The translations under genes were made by a program, and so were the position numbers. 62,351 nt of DNA from positions 20,947,119 through 21,009,469 of the forward strand of contig NC_068988.1 in NCBI RefSeq assembly GCF_001194135.2. The letters run 5' to 3'. Below the pieces are notes generated by a model. The model made no database searches and had not been told where the DNA came from. It saw nothing but the letters and a program-made list of their open reading frames with translations. This stretch comes from Octopus bimaculoides (lineage: Eukaryota). Shown here one piece after another: positions 26,385 to 40,086 of this stretch; within the stretch, counting starts at the first letter, position 1; each line of letters opens with the position of its first letter.

Positions 26385-27586
26385 AACGATAAATAAATAC
26401 TATATCGCGTACATAATGTGATCAAGAATACTACCTGAGGAGTGTTGGAGAGATATTGCAAGGTGAATGTAATACATGCATTATGTGAAGGCGTTAGAAA
26501 TTATAATACGTATTGCTACAGAGGTGTTTAGAAAGAATATTTTAAATGGTGCAATACAGGCGTTAGAAGGTATAATAATTACATGGTGCTGTAAGAGGCT
26601 TGAGGTGGGATACATGTTTTAAATATAGACACGGCAGAAGGGATACTACATGGAGATACAGAGATGTAGGAAGTGTTACTACTACACTGTAGGTAGGAAG
26701 AAGCGCTAACAAAGATACAAGATGGAGAATATAGGAAGAAATATTAGAAACCAAGGAACAGACTCAAGCTAATGGTGACGCTGAAATGAATGAGAGAACG
26801 TCTCCAATGGACAGCATTACAAGAGTACAAAGGTACCATACAAAATGTATTAGAAAAATCTAAAATCTGATGCATCGCTGAGTTATTAGAAGTACTAACA
26901 CCAGAAAAATACCGAGATGAAACTGGCAGAGTTTTGTTTCATTTATATTATTTTATTTTTCACACTTTAAATTTACTATTGCAAAATGTCCTGTCTAATC
27001 GAGCTAACTCAATTAAACAACATCGAAGTGCTGGTAGCGAAGGCTTAGTATTCAGGATGGCTTACCTACCTACACACACATACATACAAATATACCGTAG
27101 TGCTTTCAGTGTAACTAACAAAACTAATTATAGCAGTCAGACCCTAAGGTACATTTATTATAACGTAAGTTCTTGTCACATCGATCAATGCTGGTGTTGG
27201 AATGGATATGGTGAAATGTTAAAGCACCAAAAACGTGTGTGAGGGAGAGAGAGAAAGAGACACAGAGAGAGAGAGAGATTAAGTATTTCAAGTGTCACAC
27301 CCAACAAAAATCGAAGAAAATGCAGAGGGTTGGCTTACAAGAACCACTCACTGTTCACATATCACCTACACATTAGTATACACTATACCCGTATAATTTA
27401 ACTGAATACATATAGCTTCTGTGTATATAGTGAGTGACCAGAGAAGTATATCAGGTAAGGTATCAGAAAGCAAGTGTTACAATTCCAAATTAGAGACAAT
27501 CATACGTAACACTCTACAGCCATTGTCGCCTTTTGAATATAAAACATGTGTGTGTGTGTGTGTATATATATATGTGTGTGTGTGTG

Positions 27587-27627
<41 letters not shown>

Positions 27628-30129
27628 GTGTGTGTGTGTTTATATATAAACATAAAGCATATATACACACACAAACATGCATATATATATATATATATAC
27701 ACGTGTGTTTGTGTGTATAAATATAAAATATATATAGATGTATACAACAATATATATAGACACAAACACAGAAAGAGAAAATATAGATATCGTATAAACA
27801 ATTATATGCATGAATATAGAATACGTATATACATCTAATATAAACAATAAATATAGAATATACATATATATTCTATAGGCATTGTATATCATTATCATGC
27901 TGGCATGGATCGGACGGTTTGACAGGAGTTAGCAAGCCAGAGGACTCCTGTTTGCTTTGGCACGGTTTCTATGGTTGGATGCCCTTTCTAACGCCAACCA
28001 CTTTTCAGAGTGCACTTGGTGCTTTTATGGAGCACCAGCACCAGAGAGGTCACCAGGTATACTTACAAAGCGAAACCCCCTTTAACGAGGTGGGAATAAT
28101 ATTGAGATGGGTGGCTCTGTGCCAGGTGATGTGAGGTTAGAGTATGGTAGAGGGACAGAAATAGTCTTGCTACAGAGGAGATACATGGCTAACCCAGTTG
28201 GAAAAGAGAGAGAGAAGTTGGTGAAGAAGTATCAAGGTATACCCTAAAATCACAGGGTGGTGAAAGTAAATAAAGCAGTATGGAGGACAGGACAGGAGAG
28301 TAGGTAGGCAAGCTCACAATAAGCATGTTATGTGTGTGTGTATGTAGGCATTTATAGATAGACAGATAGATGTCCTATAAATATAATACTATGTATTATA
28401 TGATATATACATCAAAGCTGTGCTATACATACATCACCATATTCATTTTCATGATCATATTTCTATGCTTACACAGGTCAGGCGAAATTTGTTGAAGCAG
28501 ATTTTCTGCAGCTGGACGCTCCTCCTGTTGCCAACCCTCGCCTGTATCCAGTTGGAGGAGTGTCACACTCTTATGTCAGCGCCTTCATGTGGATTCTACA
28601 GCTGCAAACCTTTTCCTAACACCAGCCACTTTTATAAAGTATAATGGAAGCTTTTTCCTTGGAATATCACCATATATCTCCATCATTTAATATCCACTTT
28701 TCCATGCTTGCATGGGGTAGATGGAATTCATTAGGGTAGGTTTTTCTACATCCAGGTGCCTTTCCTTTCACCAACCCTCATTCATCTCCAGCCAAGGTAA
28801 ATATTTCCACATGACAGGAAATGTTTCCATGAAAGACTGGGAAAATTTACACCACTTATATGCAATTTCAAGATGAGGAGGCATTAACAGATGTGCTCAT
28901 AAGTCTTTGGTTAGCCTGGAAGAACAATGAAAGTAACTTGCCAAAGGTACAATGTAGAGGGACTGAACAAAAAACGACATGGTTGAGAAGCAAGCTTCTT
29001 AACCACAGCCGTATATACGAACATGAGTTTGCGCAAATAAACATATATGTATAACTATATGTATTTATGTATATAAGTGTGTGTGTATGCATATACGTAA
29101 AAAGCACCCAGCATACTCAGTTAAGTGGTTGGCATTAGGAAGGGCATCCAGCCACAGAAACCATGCCAAAACAGACAGCTGGAGGCTGCACCAGGCTCTA
29201 ATCTGACCTGGCAAGGTTTCTACAGCTGGATGCCTTTCCTAATGCCAACCACTCTGAGAGTGTAGTGGGTACTTTTTACATGCCACTGGCACAGGATCCA
29301 GTCAAGCGGTACTGGCATTGACCACGCTTGAATGGTGCTTTTTACATGCTACCAGCATGGGAGCCAACCCAGCAGCACAGGCATCGACCATGCTCAGATG
29401 GTGCTTATTACGTGCCACCAGCATGGGTGCCAGTCAGACACACACCCACACACATTCATATATATCCGGATATATACATATCATCATCATTTAATTTCCC
29501 TTTATCAATGATGGCATAGGTTGAAAAGTTAAACAGGAACCAATGAGCCAGAAAACTTTGCTAAGCTCTAATGTCAGCTTTGGCATGGTTTCTATAGCTG
29601 GATGCCCTTTCTAATATCAGCCACTTTACAGAGTGCTTTATTCATGGTGACCCCACCAGTGCTGGCACCGGTGGGATCACCAAGTACTCTCAAAACGAGA
29701 CACCCTTAACTGAGTTGAGTGCAGTAAATATTGAGAGATGTGAAAGCACGGTAGTGGGACAGGCTTCCTCAGTTGGAAATAGAGGAGTATTAGGTCAAGG
29801 TAGCAGGTGAATATGAGAGGGAGAATAGGGACACAAGAACAGAAAAAATGAGTGGGTACATACGTGCACTAGAGTGAAAAAAGTGTCACAGATGATCAGA
29901 GATTGAGGTGGGTGCATTGAAATATTAGTTTGGATGAGGGAAGTGAAAGAAATAGGTCAGGGAGGAGAAGGAGGAGGGGATAAGAGGAAAAAGTAGGGAT
30001 ACAATGTGTATTGTGTAGATAAATAGTATAATTTATAGTATTTGGGTGAGTAGTGCCACAGGTGGAAGATTGCTGGAGGGATAGGTGTTAGAAGGCAAGT
30101 TGTGTGGTTAGGTCTGATAGGACCTCATT

Positions 30130-30400
30130 TTTGCTAAGATAAATAGGTCTTCTCAAGCACAGTATATCATCATTCATATCAGTCGTTTTGTCATCTCCTC
30201 TAAGTCTCTACATTTTAAGGTCTACTTCACCCCACATCTCTCTATTCCAGAGGTAGCATCTACATTTGGCATTGAGCACTTCTTTATACATTTCTCCTTA
30301 TCCATCTGCATCACATGATCATGCCAGCTCACTCTTCTCACACATCTGATGTTTCTTACACCCAATTTTTCTCTCAACACATCTGTATTTTGTCATATAG
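30130..30400 (-). mobile_element. RTE LINE 3' ORF fragment
   Basis: Minus strand gives ...KLGVRNIRC...SWHDHVMQMDKEKCIKKC, homologous to 45300-45450. Confidence 0.55.
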
Positions 30401-32867
30401 GTACACTCTTTTACTTGTTTCAGTCATTTGACTGCGGCCATGCTGGAGCACTGCCTTTAGTCGAGCAAATCGACACCAGGACTTATTCTTTGTAAGACTA
30501 GTACTTATTCTATCGGTCTCTTTTGCCAAACCACTCACAATGCTTTGGTCAGCCCGAGGCTATAGTAGAAGACACTTGCTCAAGGTGCCACGCAGTGGGA
30601 CTGAACCCGGAACTATGTGGCTCATAAGCAAGCTACTTACCACACAGCCACTCCTGTAAACGTAATGAACATTAAAAAGGTGTTAACGGCTTAATAGAAA
30701 GAGAATATATCTTAACTTTTCAGATGTTAGTCCTTCATCATAAGAGAGAAGTTTAGATGGAGAAAAACGATAATCAGTAAAAAAAAAATGGACAAAGGAT
30801 TGGAAACCAGATAAGAAAATTGTTATGTGGGTTGAGTTAAGGAGGAATGGGCAGGTGTGTAGATGCAAATATATGAGTATACCTGTGTCTGGAAACAAGC
30901 ATAAAGGAACGGGGTGTTAGCATGGTATATGTGTATAGTGATGTGCAAAAAAAAGTGTAATGGTATTGGTTAGTGGGGGGACATTGGTGTGTTGCTGTGT
31001 GCATACTGATCATTATGTAAGTGATGTGAAAGTGAATGTGAGGCGGTACAGATATTGGTGAATCACAAAGGGTGACAGCAGCAATGAGGAAGACACTATG
31101 TGCATGCAGGTGTATAACAAAAGTACATCGGTGTGTGAAAGTATTTTTTCACAAAGAGGGAAGGTTTAAACAAATTTGAGAAAGATGGAAAAATTTAAGA
31201 ATTCTGTAAAGAGAAAAAAAGTCAAGGAAACTGGTAAAAAAAAAACTATACAACAGTGGTAAAAGGTCCAGAGTGTTTGGTAGAGCACCCAAAGAATGGT
31301 AAGATACTTATAAAATCCATGAATGAAGGGAGATATCTGAGACGAAGAAGCCAGTAAAATCCATGGGGAAGAAATAACTGTGATGAACAAGTGAAAAACC
31401 TTATGTGATACATGTGATGTAAAAAGAAAATAGTAGACAACAAAATTTGTCTTTTTGAGAGAGAAGTAGAGAGTAAGGGAAAGGAAGAAGCAAGAGAACT
31501 ATCATGTGGGGGGTGGGCAAGCTAAAGAATGAGTATCGGTCAAACAGAGGTGACAGGTGGAGGAGGGGGGGAAGAAAGGCATGATTCAAAGTTGTCAACA
31601 AAAAATAGTGCTTAAGTGTTGAAGAGTGAGTGTACATAAATGTGCACACATCCACATACCTGAGTGAGTGTGTGTGTATATATGTTTGTATACATGTGTA
31701 TAAGTGGAGAGTGTACTTACAAGAGTAATAGTAACTGCATTTATGTGTCTATGTAAAGAGTAGGCAGGTATGGGTGCGTGTGTGTGTGTGTGTATCAAAG
31801 AGATAAGATGGTATGCGTATGTATGTGCACATGGAATAAATAGATGTAAGGGGATAAGTGTATCTGCATGTCAGTGCATGTGTGCAAGTGTGTGAAAGAG
31901 ATAAGGTGGTAGAGGAGTTGAGGTGTATGTGCGTACACCAATGGGTAAGTGAAAGGTGTGAATGTATATGGGAGTGGTGATTGAAAAGATGTGTATAGAA
32001 ACTGTATGTGTTGAGGGTGTGTGTGCAAGGTGACTCATGGTTAGTAGGAAAGGGAGAGCAAGAGGAAGAGGTGTGTAATTCTGGAGCAGTTGGAAGAAAT
32101 ATACAAGTTAGACAAAGTGCGGTTGTGAATTTAGACCAAAGGGCATGAATGTTGGAGAGAGAAGATGAGTTCCTGCTCTCTATGAATCTGAAGGTGAGTG
32201 TTAGATGCCAAGCCACATACTGAGAGTGGTAGGCAGAGCAGTGCAAAACAAAGTAGAGAGAACAGTACTCAAGACCCAAAAGTAGATTAAAATATAGTCT
32301 TTTATTGAAGCTGTTACTCTGAGTTGACGAAAGCAAGTATCATACGACTACCTGTAACACTATTTTCACTCAGTGTACTTCCTAATCTGTCTCATATCCA
32401 CATTGTACCTAAACCTCACATCTCTCTCTCTCGTCTTCCAGGTTAGTAAGTCATGTATTCACCTCTTCAGCAAAATACCTGCTCTTCTCCCTCTACCATA
32501 GTTTCTCTCTCCAGTCTATACCCAGCTCAGTTGAGAAGTCATATCTTGCAAGTCTTGGTAACCTCACTGGTGCAGGTGCCAGGTAGAAAGCATCCAGCAC
32601 ACTCTGTTATGTGGTTGCATTAGGAAGGGTATCTAACTGTAGAAATTATACCAAAACAGACATAGAGCCTAACTGAGCCTTCTGGCTGATCTGTTTTTCT
32701 CAAACCGTCCAACCCATGCCAGCAAGGAAAAAGGGACAGTAAATGATGATGATATATATATACTCATATATACACATTTATATATGTGTTTACATATATA
32801 TAAATGTGTGCGTGTGTATATAATTGAATAAATATAAAATACATCAAGTACAGGACATCACCAACAA

Positions 32868-33035
32868 GCATATGTGGGCACAGGACGTCATTAAACCTGT
32901 ACAACAAAAAAATACGTTGTTCGTCTTATTTTCCATTTGTGTCTTTCGTTGTTCGAAAAATAGTTCATATTCCATGTTCTCGTACTTCGTATTTTTTGTT
33001 GTACACGTTTCATGACGTCCTGTGCCCACATATGC
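32868..33035. repeat. MITE-like fold-back with ~48-bp inverted arms
   Basis: 32868-32916 and 32988-33035 are inverted copies with 2 mismatches and 1 indel. Confidence 0.75.
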
Positions 33036-33729
33036 ATACATATATATACTTATAGATGTAAGTATGTACATATACATATATATATATATATTATTTATAT
33101 CATTAAATGATTGAATGCCACGCATCCTCTTCCAAGTATATATATATAAGAAATAATTAAGATTCAGTTGAATTAGGTACTTAAGCTGAAACACAAAGTC
33201 AGTCTGGTATTATCCGCACAGCTCAAAGTAAGGTGAATAAAATCAAAATAATCAACAGGATATCAAGTAAGTAATGCAGTATGACTGTTTCAAAATGGAG
33301 AGATTCAATGGATATAAGTTACTTTAAAAATTAATAATATTAACGCATGTGTGCATGCACACACACATAATAAACATGTTTATGTATTCTTAGTCTATTG
33401 GAGTATTTCAACTGATCAAAATGTAATCTCTCTGTATTATCCTTTTTCATACCCTGAAGATTTTCCACCCAAAGTATTTTGAAATGCAAACTTATATATT
33501 TATATATGTTTTGTAACTTAAATAGGATGGGAAATGAAACAATTGTAGGTAACAATGATAATCAATTAATAAATTAATTTATATCCATTGACTCTCCTTT
33601 TTCAAAATAATATTTGATCATTTATAATATATTCATTGAAGAAATATTTCTTCAAAATACAATATATTAAACCAGCGTATCTTGGATAAAAAATATCCCT
33701 ATAAGAGGTCTAAATATCCTCATAGTGAC

Positions 33730-33789
<60 letters not shown>

Positions 33790-34196
33790 AGATACATGCA
33801 TGTATACATAAATAGATGTATATATACATAAATATATATGTGCAAGTGTCTTCTGCTATAGCCCTGAATCAACAAAAGCCTTGTGAGGGGATTTGGTAGA
33901 TGGAAACTAAAAAAAGCCCATCATGTGTGTGGTGTTGGGGGGATGAGAGGAGTGGCTGTGTGTGTGTGTGTGTGTCTGTGTTCTCAATCAAAACTGTCTA
34001 AGAAACGGAAACATGAAACTCTGAGTAGCAGTTTTTTGCAATTTCTAGTGATGTCTTTGCAGCTTTAAGAATAAAGCATATTACTCTACCTCTGGTATTC
34101 GAGTACTATTTTTTCCCACCTTGTTTCACATTTATGTGCTTACTCCAGTATATATATTTATATACATATATACATGCATGTATACATAAATACATG

Positions 34197-34244
<48 letters not shown>

Positions 34245-34327
34245 CGTCTTCTTCTATAGCCCTGGGTTAACCTAGTGGGTGGATTTGATCGATGGAAACT
34301 AAAAAGGCCCATCATATATGTGTGAGC

Positions 34328-34366
<39 letters not shown>

Positions 34367-34719
34367 AGTGTGTGTTGGTGTGTGTCAGTGTGTGTGTATG
34401 TGAGGCATGTGCAGGTGTTTGTTATTATTTCCTTGCCTTGACTTTGTGTGGTAGTTGTAAACACATCACAGTTATACAATCAGTTTCCTTTGTTTCCAAT
34501 GTTCCATGAAAATATGTCTGGTCATGAAGAGATTATACCTTACTTAGAAACAGATGAGGCTTGGTGATAGGGAAAGCTTCTGGCTGTAAAAAAAATCTAC
34601 AACAAATTTCATCTAACCCATATGAGCATAGGAAAGTTGGCGTTAAAAAAATTGTGATGATGGTATGTGTGTGTGTGTGTATACAAAAACAAGCATACAC
34701 ACATATCTATATACATGTC

Positions 34720-35012
34720 TCAGAGGCAATGACAAATGACTGAGACCTTTGGTAATGTGCCGTGCTTGAGAAGACCCATCAAACCAAGTGAAATCATAGA
34801 GATGGTAGATGCTAGTGTCATGCAACTGGCACCCATGCCGGCGGCGTGTAAAAACACCCATTACACTCTTGGAGTGGTTGGTGTTGGGAAGGGCATCCAG
34901 TCATAGAAACCATGCCAAATCAGACTGATATCTGGTGCAGCCCCCTCAGCTTATCAGCCGTGGTCAAAGCACCCAACCCAAGCCAGCAGAGACAATGGAA
35001 GGATGATGATGA
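34720..35012 (+). mobile_element. RTE LINE 3' end fragment
   Basis: Last ORF codons (GTGCTTGAGAAGACC) followed by the RTE-type tail ending in GATGATGAT. Confidence 0.55.
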
Positions 35013-35169
35013 TACACACACACACACAAAGAGGGAGAGCAACAGACAGATTAGGTAGCCATATATATATATATATATATATTAGTCATATATATCGATA
35101 TGGTTTGCTGATTCACTCACCAAACAGTGAATCCCATTTCACACCCTGTCTGATTGGTACCCAAAAATG

Positions 35170-35908
35170 CATGTGCCAATGTGAATCATTTTCAGATTCT
35201 TGTTCAACATCTTTCTATTAATGGCTACAGTCAACTTTTTGAAAGTCTCAATGTACTGCTCACATTTCAAAGTGCTGCTACATTCCAGTAAAAATTTGGA
35301 TAATGATTCCCAAAAATGCCGCCCTTGTCATTCCAAAAATCAGTCACCATAACATCCTGTGCTGAGTGTTGGCTCTTGAAATCCTTAGGCCTAGTAGAAG
35401 AGTTGTAACACCATTTCATGGACTGATTTTCTACCTCTGGATTATAAAGATACTGCCACATTTCATCCCTTTTTGCTAGATCTGAAAAAAAAATATGTCT
35501 TCATTGGCTTCCAATAGATCAGAGTAAACTTGCACCCTTCTCTCCTTCAAATCAGAAGCCAACTACCAAGGTACCTACTTTGTACACACTTTCTGATACT
35601 CAAAGTGTTCCCCCATCTTCTGTACTGCCCTATGACCACAATCCAGTTGTGCAGTAATGTATGCAAATCAATTTGTCCACCCTGATGGGCAATTCATATC
35701 CATGATCAAAGTTGAGTCGAGTCCCCTACTACATGGTCTGTCTTCAATACTGGTTTCACTTTTAAACCTCATCCATTTCTGTACACTGGACTTGTTAATG
35801 GTGTATCCTTGTAAACAACACAGGGGTCTTCTGTGAATACCAGACATTCTGCACCTGCTTTTTCATCAAGATCTAAATGACAACACATTGCTCCTGCTTC
35901 AGACTCAT
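35170..35908 (-). pseudogene. mariner (DD34D-type) transposase remnant
   Basis: Fragments EDRPCS, YQKVCTK*VPW*L and DEMWQYLYNPEVENQSMKW...KDFKSQHSAQDVMVTDFWND resemble the mariner WVPxxL / GDETW / SAGKVMATVFWD motifs; many stops and frameshifts. Confidence 0.75.
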
Positions 35909-36200
35909 TATTTCCCTACAATGTAGAATAGGAAGAAGAGTTATTCTACCAACATGTGCAATTTGAATGACCTATGTCAAGTTCATAGATATGTTATGCC
36001 CACTTTTGCTAAACATCTGGCAAAAACCTTGTGTGTATGTAATATATACACATGCACATATAAATACACATCCGATATATGTATATACATATTTATGTAT
36101 ATGCAATATATACATCTATATATATATTCAATATATGTGTGTATGTATATATAAACATATATCTGTGTCCCGAATGCCTACACACACACATTTGTGTGTG

Positions 36201-36231
<31 letters not shown>

Positions 36232-37167
36232 NNNNNNNNNNNNNNNNNNNNNNNNNNNNNNNNNNNNNNNNNNNNNNNNNNNNNNNNNNNNNNNNNNNNN
36301 NNNNNNNNNNNNNNNNNNNNNNNNNNNNNNNNNNNNNNNNNNNNNNNNNNNNNNNNNNNNNNNNNNNNNNNNNNNNNNNNNNNNNNNNNNNNNNNNNNNN
36401 NNNNNNNNNNNNNNNNNNNNNNNNNNNNNNNNNNNNNNNNNNNNNNNNNNNNNNNNNNNNNNNNNNNNNNNNNNNNNNNNNNNNNNNNNNNNNNNNNNNN
36501 NNNNNNNNNNNNNNNNNNNNNNNNNNNNNNNNNNNNNNNNNNNNNNNNNNNNNNNNNNNNNNNNNNNNNNNNNNNNNNNNNNATATATATATATATATAT
36601 ATATATATAGGCACAAGTATGGATGTGTGGTTGAGAAGCTTGCATCCCAACCATGTGGTTTTGGGTACAATCCTACAGTGTGGCACCTTAAGCCAGTTTT
36701 CTACTATAGTTCTAGACTGACCAATGCCTTATCATTGGATAAGGTAGGAAACTGAAAGAAGCTCATCGTTTATATAAATATATATATTTATGTACATATT
36801 TGTGTGTAAACATGTTTGTGTATACCATTGTCTTGATATCAGGCACTGGTTGGAAACGGACATCCTTCAAGCAAGTATAACCACGAGGAAATATTCCTTT
36901 GCTTGGTAACAGCTGAGAATTGGCAACAGGAAAGGCGTCCAGCCACAGAAAACCTGCCTTGATGAATTCTATCTGCTCCATCAATGGCGCATGGAAAAGT
37001 GGACATTAAAACATTAAAAAAAGTGGCATATATCCATGTACATGGCTAAGGAGCTTGCTTCCCAAGCACTAGCTTCCAGATGTTTTCTACAATAGTCCCA
37101 GAGTGATCAAACATGTGAGTGGATTTGGTAGATGGAAACTAAAAGAAGCCCATCATATGTGTGTGTG

Positions 37168-37615
37168 AGGCACAGGTGTGGCTGTGTGGTAAGAAGTTTG
37201 CCTCCCAACCACAAGGTTCCGGTTTCAGTCTCACTGCATTGCACCTTGGGCAAGTGTCTTCTGCTATAGTCCCTGAGCACCCAAAGCTTTGTGAATGGAT
37301 TGGTAAAAGGAAACTGAATGAAACTTTTCATGTATGTATGTGTGTGTGTGTGTGTGTGTATGTAATGTATGTATGTGTACGTTTGTGTCCCCTTGTCTTG
37401 ATATTGTGTGGTAGTTGTAAAAATTAGTGTCACTGTCATACAAGCAGTTTCATTCGTTTCAAATATTGTGTGGACATGTCTGGCTATGTGAAAATACCAT
37501 TTTGCTTGGAAACTAGTGAGGGTTGATGACAGGAAGGGCATCCAGGCATAGAAAATCTGTCTCCATAAACTGCATGTGATCCATGCAAGCATGGAAAAGA
37601 GGACAATAAAATGAT
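37168..37615 (+). mobile_element. SINE with family A head and a different 3' module (A+H)
   Basis: Same tRNA/CORE head, then after the microsatellite CTTGATATTGTGTGGTAGTTGTAAA...AGGAAGGGCATCC...CATGCAAGCATGGAAAAG. Similar at ~290-688, 21080-21480, 34430-34655, 36820-37020 (+) and 2185-2420, 28670-28860 (-). Confidence 0.7.
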
Positions 37616-37699
37616 TATATATATAAGTATATATCTATACATGTCTGAACGTGCATGTGTATGTATGTATATATATATAGAGAGAGAGAGAGAGGGGGC

Positions 37700-37841
37700 A
37701 GTGTGGTAAGTAGCTTGCTTACCAATCACACGGTTCCGGGTTCAGTCCCACTGCATGGCACCTTGGGCAAATGTCTCCTACCAAAGCCTTGAGTGGATTT
37801 GGTAGACGGAAGCTGAAAGAAACCCGTCGTATATATATGTG

Positions 37842-37872
<31 letters not shown>

Positions 37873-38070
37873 GTGTTTGTGTCTGTGGTTGTCCTCCCAC
37901 CATCGCTTGACAACCGCTGGTGTGTTTACGTCCCCCCTAACTTAGCGGTTCGGCAAAAGGGTCCGATAGAATAAGTACTAGGCTTACAATGAATAAGTCC
38001 TGGAGTCGATTTGTTCGACTAAAAGGCGAGGCTCCAGCATGGCCGCAGCTAAATGATTGAAACAAATAAA
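37700..38070 (+). mobile_element. Family A+B SINE
   Basis: Aligns to 12405-12775. Confidence 0.8.
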
Positions 38071-38630
38071 AGAACATATATATATCCGGCCATAGGAAAT
38101 ATTATCCATCTGACCCATGTAGGCATGAAAGACTGGACGTCAAATGATGGTGTGTGTGTGTTTGCATGTTTACACTTATTCATAAATTCTAATATAAATA
38201 TGCTTATACGTACATATATGTTTTATACAAATATAAATATACCTACACATATATATTTATTTTATATAAATTTACATACATAGAAATATATTCTGACATA
38301 TTAATTTTACATTTAAACATAAAATTACCTGAATATACAAACATACTCTTACATATATACATTTATACACACACACAAATACTGTACATACATTCTTATA
38401 TAGCTTATATAGATTTACACGTTCTCATATATAGTCATAAATACTCCCTTATATATATATATATATATATATATNNNNNNNNNNNNNNNNNNNNNNNNNN
38501 NNNNNNNNNNNNNNNNNNNNNNNNNNNNNNNTATATATATTTATATATATATATATTATAATTTTTCGTCTTCTATTTGTTTCAGTTATATGACTGCGGC
38601 CATGCAGGGGCACATCCTTGAAATTATGAG

Positions 38631-38671
38631 TTCCCATGCCGGGAATCGATCCCGGCCGGGCCGCCTGGGTG
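38631..38671 (-). pseudogene. tRNA-Glu (TTC-type) 3'-half fragment
   Basis: Minus strand CACCCAGGCGGCCCGGCCGGGATCGATTCCCGGCATGGGAA matches the 3' half of eukaryotic tRNA-Glu, with a 4-nt CCGG duplication and a T>A in the T-loop. 5' half absent; no CCA. Confidence 0.7.
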
Positions 38672-39561
38672 TGTGTGCGCCGTGTGTGCGCACACACACA
38701 TACATACATACATACGCAGTATATACATTCTTACAGATATATCCGTTTATATTTAAGTACAATCTTTACGCACACACCAAGTATAAATATATGTGTGCAT
38801 GAATGTAGAAAATATATTTTCTCCTCAGTCACACACACACACACACATATATTCATAAGTGTATATAATAATTCATTTGAACTGAGTAATGTTATGAACA
38901 CGCAATGTGTATAGTACAAAGGCAGTGTTCCTACTGGAATAGTAGGATCAGTTTTGTGTTCGCCCCCAAGCTGGATAGATTGAGAAGTAGGCTAAAGACA
39001 GGAACAACCGAAAATACAGGTGGACTGGCAGGAAATAGTTGAAGACATAATGGTAAATGGGAGGGAAAGGAGGAGGAGGGCGTTGTGAAGAAAGAACTGA
39101 TAGCTGGTTTGCTTGTACGACGAGGCCTGGAGATAGGATAGGGAATGAATGACAGATACACACACACACGCACCTAGATATATATAGGCAGAGATCGAAA
39201 TGAAATGTAAAATTTATGTTAAAAAAGGTACAACGATAAGAAGAGTTCGATAGATGGCTAGATCTTAGACGAATCCATAGCTAATAGCATATTAAATTTG
39301 TCTGAAATAATAGCGATCGACTGACAGATTTTTATAATAAATAGATATACAAATATATCTAATAAATATATATACATCTATACGTACATCTGTGTATGCG
39401 TATTTGCATATATATATGTACACACACACGTATGTGTGTGTATATAAATATATACATACATGTATGTGTGTATATAAATACGTTTATATATAAAAATACT
39501 TGTATACATACAAAATAATGTGTATGCATATATATGTGTATACACACACACTCTCACACAC

Positions 39562-39604
<43 letters not shown>

Positions 39605-39974
39605 CATGCACACACATAACACACGTTGGGATGGATTTAAGTATTTTGTTGTAAAACACGACACCAGTGGAAGAAAGAAAGATAGGGGAGTTGCAGGGGG
39701 GGGGGACGAAATGATGAAGAGTTTTGTAAAGGATGGAGAATTATGGGGGATAAGGAGAAAGAATACCGAAAAAGGGATGGGAAATCGATCGGCTTAATCT
39801 ATAATCCACAAATCACAGGGATATAATAAGAACAGCAACAATAATAATAATAGTTATAAAATAGCATCAACGTTGGTGTTGTTACAAGGTAATGAATGAA
39901 GGCGGGGTGAGGGATACCAAGTGGCGTGGTTTAATATACAGACTGATGTAGGGAATGGGGAGGATGTTACTTAC

Positions 39975-40086
39975 CATTGTGCTCTGCAAAAATATTTCCA
40001 GAGGAGATCCGTGGTTCTTTTGTCTTCGGTACTTTACTTTTCCCAGAACTGGACGATCTTGGTTCTTTGGTCTGTTGAGCTCCCAT
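39975..40086 (-). CDS. ABL1: Abl non-receptor tyrosine kinase, N-terminal myristoylated cap (1b-type) first coding exon; partial CDS
   Basis: Manual translation gives MGAQQTKEPRSSSSGKSKVPKTKEPRISSGNIFAEHN plus one base (G), then a GTAAGT donor. It has the M-G-x-x-x-T myristoylation motif. MGAQQ and NIFxEHN|E match recalled Drosophila Abl (MGAQQ...NIFTEHNEALL) and human ABL1 1b (...NVFVEH|EALQ, phase-1 intron). Downstream SH3/SH2/kinase exons were not found in the window. Confidence 0.85.
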
